Positions 1-12,449 of a stretch of 64,000 nt of DNA are shown in pieces. Below the pieces are notes generated by a model. The model searched no databases, was not told where the DNA came from, and worked only from the letters and a program-made list of their open reading frames with translations. The stretch's first letter is position 1. Every line of letters begins with the position of its first letter. The position numbers and the translations under genes are program-made. The stretch is from Takakia lepidozioides (Eukaryota; Plantae; Bryophyta): the NCBI GenBank assembly GCA_030704615.1, contig CM060734.1, positions 41,602,001 to 41,666,000 on the forward strand, given 5' to 3'.

Positions 1-1399
1 GCAGGCAGATGTGATCAACAGACCTGTCATCGTCCAATGCATTAGGTGCGTTGCCTGAAGGTTTTTCAAAACCCCAAACTCTAATCATTGTGGTTGCACA
101 TTCCCGGATGATAAATATGGAATTTCAGGATTATGACCTACACCTTTGCAGAGGAAAGTGTGATAATACCAGGCCTGTCAAGCTTTGCAATCGCCAGTCA
201 ACCATCCTTTGCTTCCACTATTTTGGACAGCGCTTCATCGCCTAGCTCCTTCCGGCCCTCGGATTTCACTGCTGCGCCAGAGCTGTCACAGCTGCCACCA
301 CAGAAAGATGCACAGCTCCCTCCTGCTCATTGACAAAAACTGCAATTCATGAACTTACACCCAAGCTTGAAATCTTAATCTTGTCTGGCAGGATGCGACA
401 ACATAACTTCGCCAAAAAGCTTGCTACACCGATAGAGGAAAGCACTGAACCTAAAGATCCACTGTGCACCTGACAAGCAAAGCCTCCTCGACTGAATATA
501 CGACAAATTCAGAAGTTCAAGAAGAAGACGTCGGCTTTTGCACACAATTGACAGGAAAAGAGTAATTTCAGCCGCTTTCACTCATTGACGGTTCATTCCT
601 TACTAAGAGATCATCTCGATTGGTGCGAATGCGAAATTTATGCACGTCTGCCAGTCAGATCAAAAAGCACATGCGCTTGCCGGAAGTGTACTCTTGAGCT
701 CCTCTAATGAATCATCATGTGTATAACGATGTGTACAAAGCAGAAGATGACTGAATTGTGTATGAAGAATGCCCCAGTGACGGGCAAGAAAGAGCCTGCA
801 AGGACCGACTCGGCCTACTGATGATTACAAAGGTGAAAACCAGAGAAGTTTGGCATGGCCAAAGGACATGCATCGCCAATGTTCATTTAGTGGGAATCCA
901 ACGTGACAGGCAAGCGATCTATCTCCGAGGGCCCACTCGTCCTACTGACAAAAAGGCCAATTTGGAAAGGACTACACTGAAGCTCGACACGTTCACCAGA
1001 GACATTCTTCCACAGACATCTGCTGTTTGGATATTATCTCCTCCGTACCTTGTCCTTCTCACTGCTGACCAAAGACTTGGGGTTTACGCACACGGTTCAC
1101 AAGGGACACTTGGATGTGGAAGTGCAGGATCCACAACTCAGTAACTACCTGTCGTAGTCTGCAGTTAAGTGCGATCTGTAGTTTGATTTCTGCTTCCATG
1201 AGGATCTAACATGCCCTCTTCAACTTTCTGACAGAGTTTCTTTTCCTCGGTCTCATCACTGATATGTAATCATCTTCTGGATTTAGGGTTAGGTGCAAGC
1301 TGGGCATGATCAATGGCATTAAGCGTCAAGATCATAAAGACGACAATTCTTAGGTCGAAGGCTGATCTGAATTTTCAACTCCTGTCTTGTAATACCCTA

Positions 1400-1885
1400 G
1401 GGGGATAGCCGGTTAGGCGCTTGCCTGCCTAATAATTATTTTTGGGGCAGTTAGGCACTTTTGGGGAAAAACAATTTAAATTAGGCATCTTGGATGTGTA
1501 ACTTTTTCAAATTAGGCAACTAAAAGTAATGATCACAAAATAAAAACACAAAAATATAAAATACAGCCACTGCCATGGATGAAAATTGAAAACTGAGTCC
1601 ATGGATGACGTTTTAAATGAAAACTCAGCCGCTGCCATGGATGCAAATTGACGTTTATGATGAATATCATTCTAAATGGATGTCATTTTTAGATTTTTTC
1701 TATTTTAGACTTTCTAATTTAAATTCAAGTTTGTGTACCATATGCACTTTTAGAGAAATTTTTGAAAATTAGGCACTCTTTGAAGATAATTTTTCTAAAT
1801 TAGGCACTCTTGCCAAAATATTAGTTTTTTTAATATTTTTGATTAGGCACTTTTTTTTTAATTAATTTCTGCCTAACACGCTACG
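1400..1885. mobile_element. AT-rich MITE-like element with dispersed (aa)ttaggcact motifs
   Basis: Imperfect terminal inverted repeat tagccggttaggc / gcctaacacgcta; many internal ttaggca copies; no ORF; TSD not resolved. Confidence 0.4.
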
Positions 1886-2590
1886 GTAGTTATCTATCTT
1901 GCCTGAAGGGCAACTTCTCCAGTACCCTCTTGAAGTTGGCATCTGATGTGCATGTCAGCCCTCACTTTTACTATATGTCATCTTGATCGCATGTCACTAT
2001 GAGTCTGCTCTTAGTGGTATGGGAACGAAGAAACCCTAAAGATAGTCCACAAAAATATATATATTAATATTACTATAATATGACCTTATATAAGCAAATG
2101 GCAGCCGAAGCTAGGGTAAATAAGAGCCTCTTCCCCATATGGGTACTGCTCCATTTTGCGGGGTGGGCTCTAGTCCACAAATGGTCTACAGGGATCCTTA
2201 TTGGAAAAAAAAAAAAATGCAATTTATACTTTGAACAAGACTTTTTGAAACTGCTCATCAAAACAGTTACTTGCCATGGCCACTTTGCCTTATCATTGTA
2301 ACAAAATCACTTGAGTAAAAAGGTCGGTTTTGTATAAAAGTGCCCTGATTTCTCTAAGGGTACCCTCAAAATATAACATGAGAGTAAGGTTATTTAACGG
2401 GGTACAGGTAAGTTGGTATACTTGCCAGATAATATAAGTTTAGGGAGGATAAGGATAGGGTTAATGGTAATATCCCTAGGGATTTCATATGAATTGGCAA
2501 CATAACCAATATAAACCAATCAGATTTACACATGTACCTATAATTTGTTCTTTAATTCATATTGAAACTTAATTTTCTTGTTCTGGTTAA

Positions 2591-3330
2591 ATGGACGGTA
2601 AGATGTATACTCTAAAGGCAGCCTCTGCCAAACGCGGTCAAAAATGGGTTGGATTCTTTGTCCGTGATTTCTTGCTTGACAATTGTGAAATTATCAACAA
2701 AGGTTTGAGGTATGAGCACAGTATCTGGCTGAAACTGAAACTGAAGGGCGGCGTGAGTACGAAGGACCTCTTTGTGGGTTGTGTTTACATGCCCACAGAG
2801 GGGACCCTTAGTGCTGACGCAGACAAAGCCTTCGAAGATGTAAAGCTGGATTGTGCTTCGTTCCTTGCCAAAAGTCAGGTGGTTTTATTGGGTGACTTCA
2901 ATGCCCGGGTGGGCAAAGGTCTCTATCAGGATGATATCATTGGGCCTTTTGGTGAGGATGAGCTGAATTCTAATGGCAGACAGTTAATTAACTAGCTGGA
3001 AGAGCTTCAGCTTTTAACCTTGAATAATAGGTCAAAAGGTGACCAAGTGCAGTGGACTCGTGAGAAAACCCAAACTGGGAACGTTCCATTGTGGATTATA
3101 TCATAATGGACAAAAATCTGTTTCCCCAGAGTGCCAATGTGTTGATTAATAGAACTGATATTGGTACCTCTGACCACTTCCTGGTTTGAACTGAGATCAA
3201 AAGGTGTTTTCCCAACACCAAGAGATCTATGAAACATTAGATTCGGAAGTGGCGCATAGAAAAATTCCATAATGAAGAGGTGAAGGCTGAGTATGTCCAG
3301 GCCTTGCAAGAGGCTCTCCCTCATTTTGTC
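2591..3330 (+). pseudogene. Non-LTR (LINE) retrotransposon APE-endonuclease relic
   Basis: ORF 2591-2995 has VGFFV, LFVGCVYMP, VVLLGDFNARVG and NSNGRQL. Sequence past the stop gives IVDYII and GTSDH motifs with frameshifts. Confidence 0.75.
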
Positions 3331-3894
3331 TACTTGCTCCTTTAGTCTCGCTCTGACAATGCAAGAAATGAAGTCGAAAGAACAGTGGATTCTTGGGAGA
3401 GTTTCGTCTCCTCTGGGGAATGCTAGTCCATGAGCCGCTCACGTGAGCAGAAATTTCCGTGAGCTGAATTCTGCTCATGATCCATGATGACGTCGACCGC
3501 ATGGGGCTATAACCGCTGAGAAGGCCTATTACCGCGGACTACTCGAGTTTGAAACCGTGCATACAGGGAGTTTTTTGGGCAATGTCACTATAGACAACTT
3601 TGCTTTTGTGTTGTGTACATCTCTAAACATTGTCACAACAAGTCCTAGGCAGCCTATACTCGGATGTACAAGGGCAACATTCATGCAAATTGCAACTATA
3701 GCATAGTTGTGCCGACTTGGCATAACAGGGCTTGAGTGTCGTGCCCTAAATTGGGTTGGGCTGATAAGTGGTGCGGTTGATCATGTGACTCGAATATGTG
3801 ATTGCCTTATTTTAACATAATACTTTGAGGATTTCTTTTGACTTTTAGGGTGGAGCCATTATGCGACCAGCCGTTCTTTCTTCATTGTTTGGGA

Positions 3895-4018
3895 TGGATG
3901 AAAAATAAATGATGACGCCTTCCTAGAAGAAGCATAAATTATGGTGTCTCTTCATCCCAAAAGACTCTTGTCTTCTGTTGGAAGGTGGATATAATTTGAA
4001 CCCTAAATTTCTTAGGTT
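3895..4018 (+). repeat. ~125-bp dispersed repeat, copy 1 (copy 2 at 7106-7230)
   Basis: atggatgaaaaataaatgatgacgc...ataatttgaacc(c/a)taaatttc is present at both loci with scattered substitutions. Confidence 0.85.
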
Positions 4019-4251
4019 ATGCATAGGCGCTCCCAACCATAGGGCTACCTACTCTAGTACGTGGGAGAGGCCGGAGCTGGCATAACTAAGAGCCACTTCG
4101 CCTTACGGCTACTGCCCCTTTTCAGGGGTGGGCCCTATTACTAATATTTGGGATAAATATCTTGTGGAAAGAAAAAAAAGTGTAGTATTGTGCTCGAGTC
4201 CTAAGCACAAAATTTGAAATAGTTTCGCAATCTTCTTGCATTAGCACATTT

Positions 4252-4590
4252 TCATTTGACGATGTCACCATGGACCTCTTTCCCCTTTTCCAGAGCTCCC
4301 CGGCTTGCACACGCATTGTAAACACAAACAAATGTGATGTGGTTGGGCTTCACCCTTTCGCGCAGCATTTGCTCATAGATCTCCAAAGCATTCCTACCAC
4401 ACCGGTGCTTGGTAAATCCTGCCAACATTATGTTCCACATGATCAAACATCGTTGAGGCATTCTGTTGAACACTTGGTGAGCATCCATGATGCTCCCACA
4501 CTTAATATACATGTTGACAAGGGAGTTGAGTAGAAAAAAAATTGTCGTGAATCCACTTTGGATAATGTGAGTGTGCACCTGCTTACCATT
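4252..4590 (-). pseudogene. PLS-class PPR gene fragment
   Basis: Translation NSLVNMYIKCGSIMDAHQVFNRM...VKPNHITFVCVYNACASRGALEKGKEVHGDIVK; closely similar to about 59950-60195. Confidence 0.85.
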
Positions 4591-5233
4591 GATCTATATT
4601 AAATTGAGCTGAAGATGGTATGCTGACATTTTGAACAGCTTGTTTCAAATGAATTAAATGAGATGCGCAATACTGAAACAGAATAATCGATTGTCCATAA
4701 TTTTAAAAACAAATGCTTACAATTTATATACCACAAGTGCATCTGGATGACAACAGTCTATTGCCCTCAATACATTGACATCGTTGGTGATGTTTTAGCT
4801 GAAGATCATTTAGAGCATTTCACAATTCAACTTTTGGATTGCCGAAAGCAATACGTCATTGCAAATAGGATTGCACAACAAATGTTTATGAATAATAATA
4901 TTATTTTATTTTAAACAAATATTTATAATCATTTAAGAAAAATGTCCCCCAATTGCACCCACCCCCAATCCAATGGAATATTTTTTTTACAACGTTACGA
5001 CTCGCAAGTAACTTTTCTGGGTGGACAATAATAAACTCCATCTTATCCACTTTTAAGAATTCCAATCAAGTATCTGGTCATGATGAGAAGGATAACAGTT
5101 CGAGCGGGGATGGGAATACGGACAGTGCCGAGGTTAACGATAATGAGGAAGGCGAGGAAGGCGAGACTTCCTCATGGGGGTCGGATGAACGCTTGCCTCC
5201 ACCTAAGAAGGTGGTGCTTGATGGGTGATTGCA

Positions 5234-5893
5234 GTCTACAGTGTCCATTTTTTGCTGTCACAACACTGTTTTTTTCAAATATAGAATAGTGGTAAATTAT
5301 CATACTCCTACATGACAATGCCATAAAAAAAAATAGACTCATATATAAAGGCTCATCTACATATACTTTCATACTTTTAAATCTCATTATCAAAAACCAA
5401 AATCTCTAAATGCTATAGACTTTTAAAAAGTCTATAATGAATTGTCACAGTCCATGAAAAAAGACGTTATGGATTTATTTAATACAGGAATTAGAACAAA
5501 GTCAATAAAAGAGACTCTCTCAACCTTGCTTTAGAGAATGAGAAATCTGGAATAAAAACTATCATTCGAAAATATGAAGTAAAAAATAATTATGTACTAT
5601 ATTGAACCTAAAAAATAGTTATTTTCATAAAGTCCTTTATGACTAAATTCTTTTGAAATAACAATTTTTTTTCATTAGATGTATTCATTCATCATAAATG
5701 CAGAGTTGATTATGATCAAATTTCAAAAAACATTTGTGAATTGATATTATCACAATTTGAAAATCTTGGTTTTAACAGTCAATAATAGATGGTCAAGATT
5801 GTCAATTGAAGCAAATCTGATGGTTGAGGATTAGCCACATCATCATTTATTCTTTATGTACTCATGATCTGCCGTTTTTGGTCCACTCTAGTT
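5234..5893. mobile_element. Non-autonomous TIR element (TGCA-target family), copy 1
   Basis: Flanked by TGCA at 5230-5233 and 5894-5897; degenerate TIRs; subterminal atctgccgtttttg shared with the copies at 13328 and 27859. Confidence 0.65.
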
Positions 5894-7105
5894 TGCAATC
5901 ACCCTGATCCCCGAAGTGGGAAGCGCAAGCTAACTGCAAAGGCGGAGGCCCACAAGCCACACCTTCTCAGCGATGGTGAGCCAGTGACCCTATCCCCAAC
6001 AAAGAAGGTGAAGGTGGCTGCTGATCACATAAAATCTCTATTATTTGTCAAGACACCCGAAGTTCTGAAATCCAGCAAGACTAAGAAATGTAAGCCTCAC
6101 CATGGGGAGGCTGAGGAGCAGAAGATTAGGGCCTCACATAAGAAAAATGGCATGAAGGAAAACGAAGAAGAGTAGCAAGGCTACCAAGCATGACAAAGGC
6201 AAGAAGAATTGAAACACTAGTAATTATTATTATACATGTGCAGACATGAAGTTTGTTGTTCTGATTATGTGTTCGTTATGGGCACGTGCATATGAATTGA
6301 CTTCCTTGTGTTGTATTGTCGGATACTATGGGTATTGTGGGTATTCATGCGACAGTATATGACAGCTGAAAAGCTGCAAGTTTTGGGCTGATGTAAGGAT
6401 GTTTTTGTGGCTGTACTCACAATGTGCAGCCACAAAATCCTTAAACGGCAACATTCAAGTTTCGTCAGCAAATGATAAGTATGACTGAAGTATATCATAT
6501 ATTTTGAATTTATGGACATGGAGATTTTCGTTGGTAGGAAAATTTATTAAAAGATTTTTTTATATATAAAAAATCATTTTTTTTATTTTGTATTTTTGAT
6601 GCCTCGCCACGCGTCAGGAAAGCATGCAGCTAGGGTTTGTATAAAGTGGCGACCTGACCTTGTGTAAGGCAGCTGATGTACTCTGGTGTATGTAGATGTG
6701 GAAAGCTGTCTGATTGACATGTGTATGATTTTCTGTCAGTTCGCTCGTTGAGATCCTCTTCTCGCGTGCATGCGCGCTCCTCTTGCTTTCCCCCTGTTGT
6801 TTTGAAGAGCACTTGAGAGGATAGGTAGATATTCCTCTTGCTTCTTTTATGGTGGAGACGCCGGATATTTTTCTTGATCATTTAAACGGCGTCAGATTAA
6901 GAGCTCCTCGATGTCTTATAAAGATGGCGGCAGCCCGCCACCCTGCAGTGTATTTGCTTAGTGTTGTGTTCTTTCCATGCTTGCTCGTTAATCTTGCTTA
7001 TGTTTCAGACTATGGCGTCTCATGTGTCGATTACTAGAAGTGTTGTTAATCGTGAAGGAGAGCGCTTGCATGTAGAGCTTGATCTGGTCATTTCACTTTC
7101 TGCTT

Positions 7106-7230
7106 CATGGATGAAAAATAAATGATGACGCATTCCTAGAATAAGCATAAATTATGGTGTCTCTTCGTCCCAAAAGACTATTGTCTGTTATTGGAAGGTG
7201 GACATAATTTGAACCATAAATTTCCTAGAT
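7106..7230 (+). repeat. ~125-bp dispersed repeat, copy 2
   Basis: Direct repeat of 3895-4018. Confidence 0.85.
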
Positions 7231-8194
7231 TCATCTATTTTCATATGTCTTATCACTAAAAAAATATGATGCATAGCTTTCTAGATCTGTGTGCTTATAA
7301 TGTATGGTTGAACAACGATGTATGTTGTGGCACGATGCTTAGGTGCACGACATCTATATTTTAATAATATTTATTTAGTGATGATAGTAAGTTTACGATC
7401 ATAAGTACTACTCATATTGATCATGTTAAATGATGTATTGTAATCGGTTGGCTTTCCACAAAGTTCACGCCCTTGCATCTACCGTAGATGCATTTTCTTC
7501 ATTCTCAATTGTACTAAGGTCCAAGTTAGGTCATATGTTCTCTCAAGCTTTTCAAAAGCCCAGTAACATAAACATTTTATACCATCAAGTCTGTGTGTTT
7601 CTTTGTTGCACTCTTATTGTGATAATGCAAAACCAACAACGGTCTCTTGTACATCGTCTACTTTACTTTAGAAAAATGTTAACACTACATTTGACTGTTC
7701 AATTTCTTCTGATTAGTTCAGTTTCATAATATCAGTGTTGTGTTTTGAAAGCCCTATATATTCCATGCACCACTTTGCTTGAATGCAACGATGCTCCGCT
7801 GTAAACCCAATTCGTGAGCCTATGAGCTTATGCTCACGCATTGATGACATGACGTTAGTCATGACTCATGTTTGGCATGTGACAAACTTCTATGCTCATA
7901 CCACATCATCAACGAGAAATATGACTTATATTTGTGGAACACCGCTCTACATCCCGTGAAAGAGTGTCCACACAAATTGTGAAAAATTCTAGTTTGCAAA
8001 CATAAATGATATCAAATTCAAGTTTTAATATATCATCAAATGGAAAATAAAAGCACATCAGCACGTCTAATTGAAAGATTTCCCCAATATGCGAGTTTAT
8101 TTATTATTTTTTTTTTTTCCCCGTATAGGAGCCATTCTGAGTTGCAGTTGACCGCATTTTTTTTAAGGTTGTAAAATCCCCCCGCCCCCCGGCG

Positions 8195-8234
<40 letters not shown>

Positions 8235-8659
8235 ACATTTTTTTTTACTTTCTTTTTTGTGGGTGGGAGCCGTCTAGAATTGCGGTCGATTATTATCGTT
8301 ATATATTGTCCAATTCGACTACTCCCGTTGCTGGCACACTATATATCTTTCGGCCTTTGATCCAGAAACCTCACTCAATATAGATTATCTTATTTGCAGC
8401 TCCACGATCAGGCAGGCTGTCCGTGGTTTCCCTTCATAAACGTGCCAACTTCGGCCAGACACACCGTTGGCAGCTTAAGTCAGCCTTATGATGGCAACAA
8501 CGATGACAAAGCTGATAGACAGTAGAAGGCTTCACCGCGCTTTCTAACCATCGCTCCAGTGACCAAACTTGACATCTTTTTAACTAAAGATTACCTGAAC
8601 ACAGATAATCACTTCTCTGTCTCCAACCAGCTTGTCACAAACATAATCTACAGACCATC

Positions 8660-9104
8660 ATAATTTTTTTCTCTCACTTTCAAAACAAAAACCACAAGTG
8701 CTAAAACTAAACTCACCTCTAGCACTCACAGATGCAAATTCATCTCTCTCGAGTGATATGAAAACTAAACTCACACTGTTGACACAAGAACATGAAATAC
8801 AACACCATCACTCGTTAAACTAAGAGTCGAGCCAGAGGCACCCCAAGCTATGGGGACTCCACCCCACAACATCTTATTCTCTTTTCATAAGCACACTCAG
8901 ATTCTAAGCAGTGAAGGAGCTCGGTCGTGCAGGCTCAACTCGAGAGAGATGAGCCGCACGACTGACACTCTCGTGAAGATAAGATGGTTCAGGTGTCAAG
9001 CTAAACTTGACACCTAACTTAACACTTGAACTAAATCCAAGTGTTAAATACAAATAACTAGCTTTATTTTAGTTAGTTTCACATTGTGTTTATTTAACTT
9101 GACA
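8660..9104 (-). mobile_element. Isolated 5' end (repeat A1 8754-9104 plus self-priming PBS 8740-8753) of a split-repeat Gypsy-like element, subfamily 2
   Basis: Minus strand starts TGTCAAGTTA like 15980 and ends CATATCA followed by CTCGAGAGAGATGA. Nearly identical to 49931-50208. Leader homology to about 16290-16360 (tagcacttgtggtttttg). Confidence 0.85.
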
Positions 9105-9829
9105 ACCATCACAACCATTCGTACTTACTATTGAAAGGAGTAGTGACGCCGCTTCTGCTCAACAGTTTATGTGGGTCCACACTCTGTCTGGACGAGAAGA
9201 AATGTACTGAAGACTTTTATTTGCAATGGCTCTACAAAAAGCACATACAATGTCTAGATAAGACACTTGTCACTTCAAATGGATCTTGGAAGGTAACTAA
9301 GAAATGAAATAACCCAGCAAAGGTGGCTCACAGCATCCTGGCCATCTAGTGTAGAATCGAAAAAGTTCTATAATAGGTGTCGTGTAAGCCCCAGGTGTGG
9401 GGAGGCCTGCTTTCGCCTCAATCCAATTTCCACGATATTCTTCAGCGTCTGGCTCAAACAACGATGCATGATCTCTCTCTGATCTTCGGGCTCTCAATCC
9501 CCTAACTGACACGAGAAGATGGTGCGGTAGTGTCATTGTACTCTTATCTCAAACGACAGAAAAAACCGATTGGTAGCTACCATCTTCCTTCTACAAATAA
9601 TTAAGAGATTTTGAGAATTATTTTATAGATTTCAAAATAATTAAAACAATAGCAGGATGTTCAGAAGACTGAAAACAGCTATTATAACTCCCGGCAAACG
9701 CACCAAAAATATGACAATCGCTATTGCACAACGCTAATGACTGTCTAAATGAGAACAAATTGAGCGGATTTTCGTCTGATAGATGTCCCTAGACATTTAT
9801 CGACGGTTTAAAGATAAATTTAAAACTTA

Positions 9830-10620
9830 TCAAAAGGTGTGTGGGGTCCCGTGGGCGACTTTACATGGCGGCAGAGACTGATGGGGACCAGTTGCTGGTT
9901 GTCCATGATATGCATAAGGGAACATAAAAATCCTTGGCGGTCGCACCAATTTTTATAAAGAGTTGTATCTATTATCAACTTAAAAATTGTTGCGACCATC
10001 AATGTTGGTAATCGCATATAAGTTTTAAGAAAAATACGTACAACAGTTAAGTTTAGCAGTCATCCAGTATTTATTTTATTTAAAAATATGTGCAACTGCC
10101 AAAATTCGGCAGTCGAAGGTATATTTTTTAAGAATAAATTTGACCGTTGAAATTGGCGAATGTAATTTGTTTTGAAAATTCGTCGATCACTTGTAATTTA
10201 GTTTCTCAAAAATTAGTGCGATCACCAATTCTGACGGTCGTACATATTTTAAAAAACAAAATCGGTAAATGATTGTGACCGCCAATTATGGCAGTCTCAC
10301 CATTGTAAAAAATAAAAATTGCATTTGGCCGCCAACCCTGGCGGTTGCAAATTGTTTTTAAATGATTTTTTTTTCGTTGAAAATGGGTACAACCGTTAAT
10401 TTTGATGCACATATAAAATATAAAATAAAAACAAAGTACATGGAACAGCTAGCATTGACGGTCGCACACACTTCTTGAAAATTAAAATTTATAAAAAAAT
10501 AAAATTGGGCGTCGCCAAGTTTGACGATCGCATCTATTAGAAAAATAAAAAATTGCATGTGACGGCCATAATTAGAGATCACACCTATTTTTAAAATGAA
10601 AAATTTACGTGTGACTACAC
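9830..10620. repeat. AT-rich element with dispersed (aaatt)ggcggtcgca motifs in both orientations; related tracts at 32330-32900 and 50770-51680
   Basis: Recurrent ggcggtcgca / tgcgaccgcc-like motifs spaced by A/T tracts; resembles subterminal arrays of a non-autonomous DNA transposon; ends not defined. Confidence 0.55.
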
Positions 10621-11389
10621 AAATTTTCCATCTCTTTCCTTCTTTTAGGATTTTCCAGCAATTTCGATTACTTCACCCATGTCACCTGCGAGTTTGATTC
10701 TCCTCATGTGATTTATGATTTCATTTAAATCTAATATGCTCAAAGAAGTTGTACGTGCCCCCAGCTCCTCATGTGCTTCCACATGCATAATATGTACAGA
10801 ATCATAACAACTTCTAAATCTCATTTTTATCTTATTTTGGCGTAACTCTACACTTTTGCCCTATCTCATGTGCCATCGTTCATAAGCTTAAGGTGACAGA
10901 TTCATCATCGCTAAATATCACGAGGGGAGGTTTTGACACGGGACAAAAGATGAGCCGAGTCTGCTTGCACAGCCATCATAGAGAGTATAACTTCTGTGTT
11001 TTTCAAGGACAAGGAAGTACTATGGAAATTTAGAACGACGGAATGTACGACAAAGTGTACGAAAAAACATGGAGGGATGCTAAGGACAATCATTTTGTGA
11101 TTAAGAAGATGAGGCGGAGCAATTTGTACCATTATAAACCCTGCCAAGCGGTAAGAAAACACCATGATATCTTGTTTCTACATATTTCATCACTTGGAGG
11201 CTACATTTCTAATTGACCGTCATTTTGTTTTAGCTTGCTCGCAGCATCTAAAGCTTTTATGGATGAAGAACCACAAATATCACAAAGGAAAAAAAATAAC
11301 TTTTGAAAGCCCAAGAAATGAGAAGTGAGAACTATTTTTTTCAAATTGAATAGTCTATGAGCCTGGACTCGCAGGGTCATATAAATGGA

Positions 11390-11864
11390 TGTGACGATTG
11401 TGCTAACAAAGGGATGTAAGCTCTGTAAAGTTTGCAAGCGAGAAAGAGAGGATCTTCTTCAGATGACGTGAAATCTCACACACTAACACTTAGTCCATCC
11501 AGACACACAGTATCCATCCACCACAAGCACTTCCGTACACATGAAATTAACACCAGAAACATACACTAGCCACCTAGGTTTGCAGCCGACGTCTCCTTAT
11601 AATCCATGATTTAAGATCACATCACCACATGATGACATGTCTTGATTGGCCCACTAGATTACAGCGAGATGTCCATCCAGATATGATGACACATAAATTA
11701 ACTTAGAGATATGGTAGTTGTTAATATAAGACAATCCTTAGTTTATACAGAGATCCGCCAACCTGTCTTCATCCCTAACTTTTCATAAAGGTCATTCATC
11801 TACGTTTATCATCTATGTTCATCAAGTATCAAATAATAAGGTAGGTGAAAATCTAGTCTTTACA
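11390..11864 (-). repeat. 3' LTR-like repeat of the host Gypsy
   Basis: TGTGACG...TTTACA; aligns over its length with 31305-31775 with many substitutions. Confidence 0.85.
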
Positions 11865-12449
11865 TATGTAAAACCTTATGGCAAACAGAGGAGCGAGCTC
11901 CAGCGACCTAATTAACAAAACACAATGCTCACAAGAGAGCAGTGGTACTCAAGATTAGATGAGATGCAAAAACCTCGACAAGGAAAACTTTGCTCTACAA
12001 TGTGCGCGAAGGACAAAACCTTGCCGGAGGAAAACCTTATCTCATGGTGTGTGCAATGTGAGATCTGAAAGAGCAATCAAAGTGACCCAAATATCAAAGT
12101 CTAAACCAAGCAAAACAAGTGTCACTAGAAAAGCTGAGTACTAGCTAGCTATGGTATCCGATTCAAGACGAGCACGCTTCTTTGGTGTGAAAACCACATA
12201 GCGATTTTCCACGTTGATGCAGGTTAGAAGGGACGAGTTGAGAAACGTGAACAGTCCCTGCAATCTCTTTTTCTTTTTCCCGGCTGGCTGCTCCTCCTCA
12301 TTCTCAGTCTAAGAGGATCCCGCCATGGACTTCTGTTTCCCTTTACCCTCATCTCAGTTTTAGTCAGGCATATATGACAGTACATCTTAGACTTCGTGAC
12401 CTGCTTGTTAGGTTGTAGACGAACACACACAGTTTGCCCTAGAGAAAAA

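Noticed and set aside
1-1380. Short ORFs at the window start
   Set aside because: No recognisable domain on either strand; the frames I translated contain stops.
3895-4018. Possible C/D snoRNA (aatgatga box C) in the duplicated 125-bp segment
   Set aside because: No properly placed box D (ctga) or terminal stem.
4953-6175. Acidic and Lys-rich ORF pieces flanking the first TGCA MITE
   Set aside because: They may join across the insertion (MGDC|NHPDPRSGKRK), but they are low complexity and unassignable.
8160-8260. Long poly(A) with a C-rich run, as a retro-tail
   Set aside because: No TSD or parent element; resembles low-quality homopolymer sequence.
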